From Octopus vulgaris (lineage: Eukaryota), in assembly GCA_951406725.2 (NCBI GenBank), contig OX597821.1, forward strand, positions 8,680,001 through 8,744,000: a stretch of 64,000 bases of DNA, in the 5' to 3' direction. Shown piece by piece: positions 13,615 through 25,453 of this stretch. The first letter of the stretch is position 1; the number at the start of each line of letters is the position of its first letter. The notes below the pieces were generated by a model. That model ran no database searches. It saw only the letters and a list, made by a program, of their open reading frames with translations, and was not told the DNA's origin. The position numbers and the translations under genes were made by a program.

Positions 13615-13769
13615 ATAACTTAAATGCTCCGATTTCCAATACTCAGATTTGCTTGTTTTCGGTCATCATCTGGTAAACCTAGCGTGGTCTTCTATTGAAG
13701 ACTACGATTTTGAAGAACACGATTTTTGAAGGAAACGATTATCCGTATGTCTTTTCGTTCAAAAATCTT

Positions 13770-14091
13770 TGTTGGTGACACGTGCGAAAACAAATACTTA
13801 TAGGAAATTTAAAAATGCAGTTCATAGGTCTATAAATCTAGAAGCTTAGGAGTTAGCTGAAAAAACGGAAATTAGATGATACCCCTAGTACCCCGGCCAC
13901 CTTTTATAACGTTGAAGGATCATAGAGTAGCCCTGAATGTAGACTGATTAGCCCAGGCGAGCTAGAGTTATGTGTACTTAGTTATACCATAAGCTTAATG
14001 ATGAAACTGCTTTTACCCTGAAAAAGATTTAACTGAAAAAGTGACGGGGACATAAACACACCAGCATCGGTTGTCAAACAATGCTAGGGGA

Positions 14092-14133
<42 letters not shown>

Positions 14134-14410
14134 CACACATATATATATACATATATACAACAGGCTTTTTTCAGTTTCCGTCTACCAAATCCATTCACAA
14201 GGCATTGGTCGGCCCGGGGTTATAGCAGAAGACACTTGCCCAAGATGCCACGCAGTGGGAGTGAACCCGGAACCATGTGGTTGGTTAGCAAGCTACTTAC
14301 CACACAGCCACTCCTGCGGTGTTATCTTTTGATGAAAATGATTTCATGGGTCCAGGCAGGTATTACAACGAGGCAGGTATTACAATAGGGGTTTTCTGAT
14401 AAGATTAGAT
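13770..14410 (+). mobile_element. Degenerate Penelope-like RT N-terminal remnant, interrupted by a SINE
   Basis: TNTYRKF...SINLEA*ELAEK, ITLKDH (TLKDH 13909-13923), then frameshifted PECRLISPGELEL, like PLE TLKDHK...CRLINP.KSE. Confidence 0.6.
14040..14318 (-). mobile_element. SINE family A, lacking its 3' end
   Basis: Matches head, core and internal microsatellite of other copies. Confidence 0.9.
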
Positions 14411-15293
14411 ATGTAAAAAAACAAAAACAAACAAAAAACATCAGGAATATTGCCGGCTGCATATTTTGATGAACTACACATACCAAAATTATTATGAATC
14501 TTCGAGCCCTCAGGAACAGCTGTTGAACTTATAACACCTTTCTTCAATTTTTTTCTGCCATTTGTACTCTGAGTAAGTTGGACCTATTAATATAAATATA
14601 CATTTATACTTATAAGTTCATCATTTTGTTTTGCGTGTATACATATATACATAGTTCATATTTCATACCCTAAATATTATAATTTAAGATATTTAATACA
14701 ATTAATGTACTTAATTTGTGTATCCACATAATTGTCTCTATATTCTCTTTTACAGCCATTTTTTTATCTTGCGGAATCGATCCTCGGTAAAGACGTCAGA
14801 ATCTAAATTCGTATCTTTTGAGCACTACTAAGTGTCTTCTATACTGAGAATCTCTGGATCTCATCTCACACACACACACACACACACTAACATAGTAAAT
14901 GCAAAAACTAATGTGTGTGTTAGTGATCCCCTCTGTCACTACTCAATGACACATCTACTATTCCTCGTGCTGGGGTGAGAGTAATAGTATGCATAAAGAT
15001 GGTGAGAGCGGTGGCAAAGACAGATACAGAGAGAAAGAGAAAGAAAAAGAGAGGGAGAGAAGGACAAAGTAATTTAGTGAGAGCTAAGGATGTTTTATTA
15101 AAAGTAGTAGTGTAGATGGTGATAATTGGAATAATAATAAGAGAGAGATAAAGGGGGATATGGGAGAGAAAGAGGTACTGAATACTAAGCCAGCATACCG
15201 AACTAACGTACTGAACAATGATGGTAATAATGCAGTGACATAAATAGTATGAGCTGTAGTCGTGATAGAGGTGGAGTCGGCGGTGTTGTACGG

Positions 15294-15535
15294 AACGCGT
15301 ACAGCAAAAAGTACGAAGCACGAGTACATGGAACATGAACTATTCTTTCGAAGAACGAAAGACAAATATGGAGAACAAAACAGTCAACAACTGATGAAGG
15401 GTCATTTTTTAATGTTGCTTGTTTTGTTTTCCATTTGTGTATTTCGTCGTTCGAAAGAATAGTTCATGTTCCATGTACTCGTACTTCGTACGTTTTTGTT
15501 GTACACGTTTCGTGACGTCCTGTTCTCACATATGC
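15294..15535. mobile_element. Foldback element with ~95-bp arms and CTGATGAAGGG in the loop
   Basis: 15294-15389 is the imperfect reverse complement of 15413-15509 (core CGAGTACATGGAACATGAACTATTCTTTCGAA exact); tail GTCCTGTTCTCA then (TA)n resembles 60472-60485 reversed. Confidence 0.8.
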
Positions 15536-15657
15536 ATATATATATATATATATATATATACGTATAGATTAAAGTACATATACGTATGTATATATGCATG
15601 TATATGCATATATTAATTATATTATTATATGATTGAACGTCACCCATCTTGTTCCAA

Positions 15658-15714
<57 letters not shown>

Positions 15715-16178
15715 CATATACATACATACTTATGTATATATATATATATTGATATATATATATGGATGAATATTTTCCTCCCTGGGCAGACATACACATA
15801 CACACGGATACATTTATAGACATATATACATACATAGAGAAACTTAAGAGAAGGACCATTGAAAAAAATGAGTAAGACGATAGATCGATCGACATAACTT
15901 TTCCCAATAACACCATTTTCCTTAATATGTTATAGTGGTTCTGAACATGTATGGAAAATTACTTCTGAATATCGCATTACACTTTGGATATAACTAATGA
16001 CCACTTCAAATTTCGCTGTACAATATAGCATTTACAGAATGTATTCATAGGTATATGTTCGAAACGAAAACATACACACAAAGCTACTAACACATGTAGG
16101 TCTTCATAACCACCAGCACAGACAGAAAATTATATAAATGAAACATAACTCACCACTCGCACAAATTGCATATGAATT

Positions 16179-16254
<76 letters not shown>

Positions 16255-16266
16255 AATATATGCATG

Positions 16267-16307
<41 letters not shown>

Positions 16308-16425
16308 ATTTATGTGTATGTGTATAAGTGTCTGTGTCTGTGTGTCTCTACATATGCATGTGCATATGTATATGTACATGCATGTATTATCCATTTATCT
16401 ATATATAAATATATGTATATATATA

Positions 16426-16480
<55 letters not shown>

Positions 16481-17218
16481 CATGCGTATACATATATGTA
16501 TATGCATTTATATACCTACATATGTATGTGTGTATATATGATGATTTTAATGGCATCTTTTTGTTATGTCCGACTTCGGAGATTAGTCTATATAATTTGA
16601 AATATTTCTATACGGAGTTCAACATTTCTTGCTAAGTCATGTACCCGAGCAATTATCTTGCAAAGATAAAAATTGCAGAGTACAAAAGAAATTGGGGAAA
16701 AAAAGAATAATAAAGATTCAAATACATAATTAGACCGAGAGATGTGAGCAGACGCTCTCTTATGTAATACGTCTTCTAGTTGGTAGATTAGCGATTTTTC
16801 TGGAATATGAGCCACGTTATTTGTTTTCTGTCTCTTTTCCATCTCAAAATTGTGCTAATGTTAATCGTGCTTAATAAAATTGTGTGTATTTGTGTATGTA
16901 TGAATGCGTATATATATATACATACACACACAAAGATTAAAAAGAGAGAGGGATTGATAGACAGATATAAACAAATATATATACAGACAGACACACACAC
17001 ACACACACATATATATGTGTGTGTATGTGTGTGTGTGTGTTTGTATTTTTTACATATATATATATACAAAGGCAAACAGAGAGATTGATAGATAGATATA
17101 TACAACTGTATATACAAACACACACACATATATGTATCTGTTTGTATTTTGTGTATATTTATATATACATATATTGTGTGTGTATATACAAACATACATG
17201 CATACATATATGCACACA

Positions 17219-17277
<59 letters not shown>

Positions 17278-17315
17278 GGTAAATGGAAGATGAAATATAC
17301 AAGAATTTATTCTTA

Positions 17316-17424
17316 ATCACGACAATCGTTTCGACACCTCTACCATCGATCCCTCAACGGTCGGACACTCAACAACTTGTTCAGGAGCATCCGGCGGTGC
17401 AGAAGATGTGTCACATCGAGTGAT
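17316..17424 (-). ncRNA. Degenerate hammerhead ribozyme motif with long stem II insert
   Basis: Minus: ATCAC-TCGATGT-GACAC...GTGTC-GAAAC-GATT-GTC-GTGAT; stems I and II pair, the CUGAUGA box is mutated; 3' end runs into (TA)n near 17277. Confidence 0.5.
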
Positions 17425-17988
17425 AGGCACAACTCGTTAAAATCACAGTTCCGCAATGTATCTGCTCATTTGATAGAAGGAAAAGCATCAAAACGTGGGA
17501 AACATTTTTATTTACATATAAGATCAAAAATAAAATAAAAAAAGATGCAAAAAAGGAACGATCACGCTATACAACGAGAAAAATATTGAAAATAACCGTG
17601 AAGAGGTGTACAGTTATTGTATATTGTGAAAAAAGAGGCGGTCTAAATTTTAGTTTTTAGTTTTTGAATCTTGGATAATTCTTTTGTTCGTTTATCGAAT
17701 TCCTCAAGATAATATCTAAGTCAAAATGTTAAAACAAAACGTTTCGTTGTTCATTTATATGAATCGGATGCTTTCTTGCTTCGTTTAGAAGAGGAGAAAA
17801 GGTTTTTGTTTTTCTTGGAAAATGGGGGAAAGAGAGAAAGAAAGGTAAAGAGGGGGTAAAATAAAGAGAGAGAGAGAGAGAGAGAGGGAGAGAAAAGGGT
17901 TTCAGGATACATTAAAGGATAGATATGTAGTTAGCCAAATAGATAGATAACTAGATAGACAAATAGACAGACAGAGATAGGTAGACAG

Positions 17989-18051
<63 letters not shown>

Positions 18052-18432
18052 CAGATAAATAGATAGAGAGAGAGAGAGCGAGAGGTTTCTTTTTTATTTG
18101 TTGTGATCAATGCATTGAAATTTCATCACAAAGAATTTTCTTTTCTTTTTTTTTTGCTTCCCGTTGTACACCTATCAATATATCTGTAAGACCCTTCAAG
18201 ATGTCACATTTAAGAAGTAGGATGGCAAAGACAAGAAAAGATTGGAGGGTACGGTCACCACTGAAAATAAAGTGTTGAAAGTTCATAGTCCTATGAAAAT
18301 TTATATTCCTTTACACTTATGTAGTCAAATCCAATATTCTATGTAATTCCATGTTTTGCATAAACAAACATTAAATATTCATACAGAGGTTATCGAAAAC
18401 CCAATGTTATATATATAGATCTCTCTCTCTCT

Positions 18433-18833
18433 CTCTTTTACTTGTTTCAGTCATTTGACTGTGGCCATGCTGGAGCACCGCCTTTTTAATCGATCAACTC
18501 GACCCCGGGACTTATTCTTTGTAAGCCAGTACTTATTCTATCGGTCTCTTTTGCCGAACCGCTAAGTAACGGGGACATAAACACACCAGCATCGGTTGTC
18601 AAGCGATGTTGGGGGACAAACACAGACATACAAACATACATGCACATATATATATATATATACATATATACGACGGGCTTCTTTCAGTTTCCGTCTACCA
18701 AATCCACTCACAAGGCATTGGTCGGCCCGAGGCTATAGTAGAAGACACTTGCCCAAGGTGCCACGCAGTGGGACTGAACCCGGAACCATGTGGCTGGTAA
18801 ACAAGCTACTTACCACACAGCCACTCCTGCGCC
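18433..18833 (-). mobile_element. SINE family A, full length
   Basis: As other copies. Confidence 0.95.
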
Positions 18834-18917
18834 TATATATATATATATGATCATTTATAGAGATGAGTATCACGCTATTAACATTGGAGCCACATTCAGA
18901 AACAACAGTGTAATATA

Positions 18918-20201
18918 TCAGATCATCACATAAGTTCTGTCCGAATTTTGAATAAAGAAAACAAGTGATCAAATGCTATATCTAATTGAAATCTAATCAC
19001 CAATGTACTTTCCCTGATTATCTATGACTTCCTTCCATCTATTTACAAGCATTTTAATTCCATCAATGTATTTCTCATTTGGTTTCAAACCGAAGAACTC
19101 TGAAATGTGAGTTTCGACCTCCTGGCTTGCGAAAGTTATGTCGCCCAAATGATTCTGTAAACTACGAAACAAATGGTTGTCTGAAGGAGCAAGGTCGGAA
19201 GAATAAGGTGGATGAGGACATTTTTCTCAACCAAGCTCTTCGATCTTCTATAATGTAATTTTTGCAGTATGGGTTGCGCATTGTCCTGATGAAACATCAC
19301 TCCTTTCCGATTCACTAAAGCGGGTCTTTTTTTCTTCAAACCTTGGTTCAAGCGCTCTAATTCCTGACAGTAGAATCGAACATTGATTATTGCATTAGGT
19401 GGTAACAATTCAAAGTGAATTACTCCTTTGCAATCCTACCAGATAGAGAGAAGAACCTTTTCCCATGAAGTTCCCTTCACAGTTGTGGTTGAGCCTTTTC
19501 CCTTTCACCAAGCCACTGTTTACGACGTTTAACATTTCGATAGAAGATCCATTTTCCGTCACCAGTCACAAGTCTATCCATAAAGGGTGAAATGAATTCG
19601 CGAGAATGGAGAGAAGAGCAGATGTCAACTCGGGATTTGCGGTTGCTTTCGGACAATTCATGAGGCACCCATTTTCCAAGTTTAGGAACATTTCCAAGTT
19701 GTTGAACATGACGATGAACAGTTGTATGGTTTGAGCTAAGCTTTATTGCCAATTCTTCAACTGATTATGTAGGATTTTCTTCAAGTAATGCCTCAAGGAG
19801 CTTATCATCAAACTCAGCTGGGCATCCTGTTCGATCTTCATCTTCAAGGCTGAAATCTCCACTTCTGAATTTTGCAAAGCATCTTCTGCAAGTTCTTTCA
19901 TTCAAACATTCTTTCCCATAAACTGAGTGTATGTTTCGAGCTGCTTCGGCTGCAGAGTTTCCTTTTTTGTACTCATAAAGCATTATGTGCCTCAAATGCC
20001 CTTTGGATACTTCCATGTTAGAAAGGGTTTTAATCAAAGAAATGTTAATCCTATTATTCTGTAAAATAATATTCAATTAGTTTAAATGTACACAAATGCA
20101 TAAAAATAATTTTTAATTCCATTAAGACATTCTAAATTACTATTAAATTTCATTCAATTTTAAAAAAGGTAAAATCGGACAGAACTTATGGGATGACCTA
20201 A
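18918..20201 (-). mobile_element. Near-full-length mariner (DD34D type) element
   Basis: ~1284 bp; TIRs TCAGATCATCACATAAGTTCTGTCCGA and TCGGACAGAACTTATGGGATGACCTAA; TA on both flanks. Confidence 0.95.
18993..20016 (-). pseudogene. mariner transposase, disrupted
   Basis: MEVSKGHLRHIMLYEYKKG, WVPHEL, LVTGDGKW, FHQDNA, HPPYSSDLAPSD, VNRWKEVIDNQGKY*; split by stops and frameshifts. Confidence 0.93.
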
Positions 20202-20487
20202 TAAATGTTTTCTCTTCATCCGTCAGCATTACTATAAAAGAAATAATAATTAAGTGGTAAAATGATCACGAAGTAACATTTTTGACAGACACCAGAACCA
20301 TGTAGCATACACCGATGCCACCTTACATGGTTTGTGAATATTGTTAGACAGCAATGTAGCGTTCATTGGAACATTCATTTATGTTATTTCTCTCTGGTCG
20401 CATTAGCTGGTCACAATGTTTGTGTCAGCTAACGATGTAATGTTCATATTTTGTTTCATCTGGAGCGAACGAGTGAGCGAGCGAGCG

Positions 20488-20568
<81 letters not shown>

Positions 20569-21055
20569 TAGAGAGAGAGATGGAGAGACAGAGACAGATA
20601 GATAGAGAGAGACAGAAAAAGACAGAGAGAGAGAGAGAGGCACCATTCTTAAAGCTGTAGAATGGGGCATAATTCTTCCCCCTCTCTCTCAATCTCTCTC
20701 TTTCTCTCCTTCTCTCTCTCCCAGTAGCATTTAACTCAATCAGATATTAAATCGATTACATATGCATTCTGCAGCATTCAGCAGTTTCGGATGCCATTCT
20801 ATTTGAAACGCATGTTGCACATGAAATCGCTAATTAATTCGTTCTGGTTTTTCTAATATTCTCAGCGGTCAATGTACCAAATTACTTCGGTGTTTGTAAA
20901 CAAATTTATAACTTGGGTATGTTCTAGAACGTGCAATAAATGCGTCCTTAATTGGACAATTTAGTTAGGTGAGTCCGATCTCTGCAGATTGCTTCAAAGC
21001 GATTTCGCCTAGATATACTTGATCTTTTTTCTCTTTCGTTATGTATGTATGTACG

Positions 21056-21123
<68 letters not shown>

Positions 21124-21148
21124 GTATATATATATGTATATATAATTT

Positions 21149-21457
21149 GCATATGGCTTAGTGGTTTGAGCAGCGGACTCGCAGTCGAGGGAACGCGGGT
21201 TCGAATCACAGACCGGGCGATGTGTGCGCTTATGAGCGAAACACCTAAGTTCCACGCGGCTCCGGCAGAAGGTAATGGCGAACTTCTGCTGACTCTTTCG
21301 CCACAACTTTCTCTCACTCTTTTTAATCACTCTTTCTTTCTGCATCTTGCAGCTCACCTGCAACGGGCCGGCGTCCCGTCCAGGTGGGAATCTATACGCC
21401 AAGGTAACCGAAAAACCGGCTCTATAAGCCAGGCATCGCTTGAGAAGGAACAAACAA
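21149..21457 (+). mobile_element. tRNA(Arg)-like-head SINE family C (resembles octopus OR-type SINEs), tail type 1
   Basis: A box TGGCTTAGTGG, GGACTCGC, B box GGTTCGAATC; body shared with 49118 and 60652 copies. Confidence 0.85.
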
Positions 21458-21549
21458 TATATATATATATATATGTGTGTGTCTGTGTTTGTGTGACTGT
21501 GTGTGTGTACGAAAGTACGTTTGTATGCATATATATATATATATATATA

Positions 21550-22825
21550 CAGTATATCGCAGAAGTGTGTACGCCCCCAACAAATTTGAGTAAAATTGCC
21601 ATTATTTTAATAATATCGAAGGAAATTTTGAAAAATATATGAAACAAATATTAATTTTCAAAGTTTACAAAAATATGTACACCCTAAAGGAAATATGCAT
21701 ATTCAAAATTTTATCCATTTTCTTACTAAATTCAGATATTGCTGATAATTTTAATTCAAGTAAATTATTTCTCCTGGCCTTTTTGCACTGGTCATTGTTA
21801 TTGCATCTGCAGGAATTCTGATTTGCGTACCGTGGTGAGAATCTTCTTTATTGTGATTAAAATGGCACCAAAAGGAAAATAATTGTCTGACGATTTGAAG
21901 AAAAATATTTTTAATTTTCACAAGAATGGTTTAGGATACGAGTTAATTAGCAAACGAATAGATATTAGCGTAAACACATTTGCCAAAGTAATTCAGAAGT
22001 ACAAAGGTACTGGACGGCTAAGCATAAACTTCGTCCAGGTCATCCCTTTCTTTTAAATGCGCGTGATATTCCTACATCCAACGTTGCGTGATGGACGAAA
22101 GGCGTCGTACCGCTTCATCTTTGGCCCAAGAAGTGTCTTCTGTTAGTGGAAAGAGTGTATCCACCCAAACAGTTCGCTGAAGTTTGAACCAGTGTGGTCT
22201 TCATGGATGCATTCTTTGTATGAAACCTCTACTCACTACCAGGCATAAATCAAGTCGTCTTTCTTTTGCTGAAACGCATTTGAGTAAGGGGAAGGAGTTT
22301 TGGAATAAAATTCTTTATTTTGACGAGAGTAAAATCAACTTGTTTGGGTCAGATAGTATTAAATGAGTATGGTGACGACCAGGGGAAGATAATAGCGACA
22401 AATGCACGTACCTGCTTGAAAGAAAATGGATTCAAGGATTATTGTGAAATATTGCAGAAAGCAATGTTGATCACGGAACTAGGAAGACATACCGTGGTTC
22501 AACATGATAATGACCATAAACACACTTCGAAGATGATGACTAAATTTTTATCAGATAAAAAGGTAAAGGTACTGCCTTGGCCTACCATGTCACCTGATTT
22601 AAACCCAGTAGAACAACTGTGGGGTGTTTTGAAAAGGAAGGTTGAGAAGAAAAAACCCGCAATGTATGACGGTTGAAAGATAGGATTCAGGATGAAAGGA
22701 GGTCGATTTCATCGGTTACATGCGGAAATTTAGTCGACTCTATGCCCAGAAGACTTGATATCCTCATTGAAAGCAAGGGCGGTCACAGCAAATATTGAAT
22801 ATAGCAAATAAGCTTTTAGGGTATA
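21550..22825 (+). mobile_element. Tc1-like transposon remnant (DD34E type)
   Basis: Left end TA-CAGTATATCGCAGAAGTGTGTACGCCCC; disrupted ORF 21862-22798 with FDESKINLFGSD, QHDNDHKH, SPDLNPVEQLW, KGGHSKY*; right TIR not seen. Confidence 0.9.
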
Positions 22826-22917
22826 TATAGCTCTGTGAGATACTATAAATGTGTGTATATGTGTGTTTGTGTGCGTGTCTACACCTGCATTTATACGTAC
22901 ACACACATACACATAAC

Positions 22918-22966
<49 letters not shown>

Positions 22967-23049
22967 TATATGTATGTATATATATTCTTTAATTCTTTAA
23001 ATTACTTCAGCTTAAAGCTACGGTTATGCTGAATCACCATTGTAATTTA

Positions 23050-23114
23050 AACGTAAAGACAGACGAAATGCCGCTAAGTATTATGCCCAACGTGCTAACG
23101 ATTCTGCCAGCTCT
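23050..23114 (-). mobile_element. SINE family B head fragment
   Basis: GACGAAATGCCGCTAAG...GTGCTAACGATTCTGCCAGCTC. Confidence 0.75.
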
Positions 23115-23121
23115 CTCTCTC

Positions 23122-23158
<37 letters not shown>

Positions 23159-23160
23159 CT

Positions 23161-23860
23161 AGTTTCACCTCAGAGCTGCCGCCATGCTGATGCACCGCCG
23201 TTTTGTGCCACACTGTTATTACTAAGAGCCTCCTCTAATATGTGACACTTGGTGAAGAATGGAGTTTGATATAGCTACCCTCATTTGCACCTCTTGCCAT
23301 GAGGTAGGTTCATCTAGGACTCTCGACAGGAAGAGGCCCAGCTTTGATTTAAAAAACCCTACAGCAACATTTGTGCAAGTTCCTCACACTCTTTGGGAGA
23401 TTATTAAAAAGCTGTGGGCCCCTGAAACCCAAGCTGTTGCAGTAATTGGTTCTGAAGCGTGATGGCGTTGCTGGGAACTTTGGCGCTATGCAGTGTCGTC
23501 CCGTTCTGGTATTGGTGTAGCTTTCAATTACAAAATTTGGCACAATTCCTTCCAGGATCTTCCAGATATATATTACTGCATACCTCTCTCGTCTTCTCTC
23601 CAGGGAGTAGAGTCTTAGCAGTTTCAACCTTTCCCAGTAGCTGAGCTGGATTGCTTCAAGGTCCGCTATTAATTTCACACTGGTGGGTGATCATAGCTGT
23701 GAGCAGTAATCCAGGCGGCTGAGGACAAATGTCCGCCAGAGGACCATCATGGTTTCCTTATCTTTGGTTCTGAATGTTCTTAGGCTTCATCCAGCCAGTT
23801 GTCTGCACTTTGTCGCCATCCTGGTAATGTGCATTTGGAAAGAGGTATAATCACTCATGT
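23161..23860 (-). mobile_element. 5'-truncated CR1/L2-group LINE 3' end
   Basis: SYWERLKLLRLYSLERRRERYAVIYIWKIL...RGPQLFNNLP; upstream LSRLDYCSQL*SP; 3' terminus at 23161-23200. Confidence 0.88.
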
Positions 23861-24412
23861 ATATATATATGTTTGTATATATATATATATATATTTATAA
23901 TAGGATTAGTTCGTATACGAGTAGGTATATATTTGTAAAAAATGAAGTTCGAAAATGCTGCTGTATTATACAATTTTTAATTTTTATATATACATTATAA
24001 CATGTTTCAGTTCCTGAAATGAACCTTATCAAAAAAAGTTATATATAAAAAGAGACAGCTCATGCCGTCAAACACAAGAAATTCATTTATAATACACAAC
24101 GGAGTCAGACATCTTAGAGTTCATGTATAGTTGATATATAGTTCATGTATAGTTGATATATAGTTTGAAGTATATTTCAAAGTGTTCGATGCAGTGGCCC
24201 ACGGTGGCGATACGTATTCAATACAAAAAACAGATCAAAGTGGTGGAAAGCGGTCAATACAGAAGATTGATGTTTCCGAAAGAGCGAGGAATTCATTTTT
24301 ACCTTAAGCAATTGTGATGACCCATGGTGGAAGTTCGCTGGGTGGTTCTAGTGATTTTTTGTGAAATGCTTGGTTTTATAATGCCTGTTAGGTGGTCAAT
24401 CTAGCGTAGCGT

Positions 24413-24745
24413 GACGTCATCAATGTTTTGACCAATCGTTTCGTTAGTTGGCTTTAATCAAGTGGAACGGGACGTCATCATTATTTTGACCAATCGGTGC
24501 ATTATAACTCCCTCTTGTTTGTTTCCTGTCTTGACCAGTCGCTTCGTTAGTCAAGCATAGCGGGATGTCATTCAGATTCTGCCCAATCACGACTTATAGC
24601 TACATTAGATCTGTCCCCTGTCTGTACTTGTTAGGTGACTATTCAAGCAGAAAAGGACGTCATCAATATTCTGACTAATGACTGTCCCCTGTTTGTATCC
24701 TGTCCATTCTAGCAGAGCTAGACGTCATCAACTTGTTGACCAATC
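24413..24745 (+). promoter_or_regulatory. Five GACGTCA-N12-CCAAT (CRE-like plus CCAAT) motifs in the PLE terminal region
   Basis: Motif starts at 24413, 24471, 24564 (GATGTCA), 24656 (CTAAT) and 24721, all with a 12-nt spacer; function inferred. Confidence 0.45.
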
Positions 24746-24914
24746 AGAATCGGGTCTGACCCTTAGCTGTATCGTATGTATCAGGGTCAGATTTGCACGA
24801 AAGAATTTTTTTCCCTTTTTTTACTAAGGCATATTTCCGTCAGAGTGAGTGTCTGTTTGAAGTAGCGGCCGTGGTGAAATTTGGTTCTCCTTTTCGGAGG
24901 ACTTATCTTTTGTT

Positions 24915-24992
24915 TTAGTATTCCTGGCCCAGGGTGTTTAAACTTGGTCTAAATTTTTTTATGAAATATAGTTCTTTATTTTGGCGTTGTGT
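24915..24992 (-). pseudogene. GIY-YIG endonuclease C-terminal fragment of a PLE
   Basis: TQRQNKELYFIKKFRPSLNTLGQEY*, like the R..KE..FI.K..P.LN end of PLE endonucleases. Confidence 0.75.
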
Positions 24993-25277
24993 GAACTTCC
25001 ACCATGGGTCATCACAATTGCTTAAGGTAAAAATGAATTCCTCGCTCTTTCGGAAACATCAATCTTCTGTATTGACCGCTTTCCACCACTTTGATCTGTT
25101 TTTTGTATTGAATACGTATCGCCACCGTGGGCCACTGCATCGAACACTTTGAAATATACTTCAAACTATATATCAACTATACATGAACTATATATCAACT
25201 ATACATGAACTCTAAGATGTCTGACTCCGTTGTGTATTATAAATGAATTTCTTGTGTTTGACGGCATGAGCTGTCTC

Positions 25278-25348
25278 TTTTTATATATAACTTTTTTTGA
25301 TAAGGTTCATTTCAGGAACTGAAACATGTTATAATGTATATATAAAAA
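25278..25348 (+). ncRNA. Degenerate minimal hammerhead motif (mirror copy at 23981-24051, minus strand)
   Basis: TTGATAA-GGTTC-ATTTCAG-GAACT-GAAACATGTTA; stem II GGTTC/GAACT, palindrome AACATGTT, distal TTTTTATATATA/TATATATAAAAA pairing; core has 2 substitutions. Confidence 0.5.
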
Positions 25349-25396
25349 TTAAAAATTGTATAATACAGCAGCATTTTCGAACTTCATTTTTTACAA

Positions 25397-25444
<48 letters not shown>

Positions 25445-25453
<9 letters not shown>

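Larger units (their letters stand above)
23930..25399 (-). mobile_element. 5'-truncated Penelope-like element with inverted pLTR (407-bp foldback)
   Basis: Arms 23930-24336 and 24993-25399 are reverse complements; spacer encodes a GIY-YIG-like C-terminus; a hammerhead-like motif lies in each arm. Confidence 0.88.

Noticed and set aside
20866-20916. Possible 51-nt exon (TTCTCAG acceptor, GTATGT donor)
   Set aside because: Splice-like signals occur often by chance; peptide unrecognisable; needs RNA-seq
21149-21230. tRNA genes (also 47830, 49118, 60652)
   Set aside because: A/B boxes belong to SINE heads; no complete cloverleaf, and each continues into a SINE body
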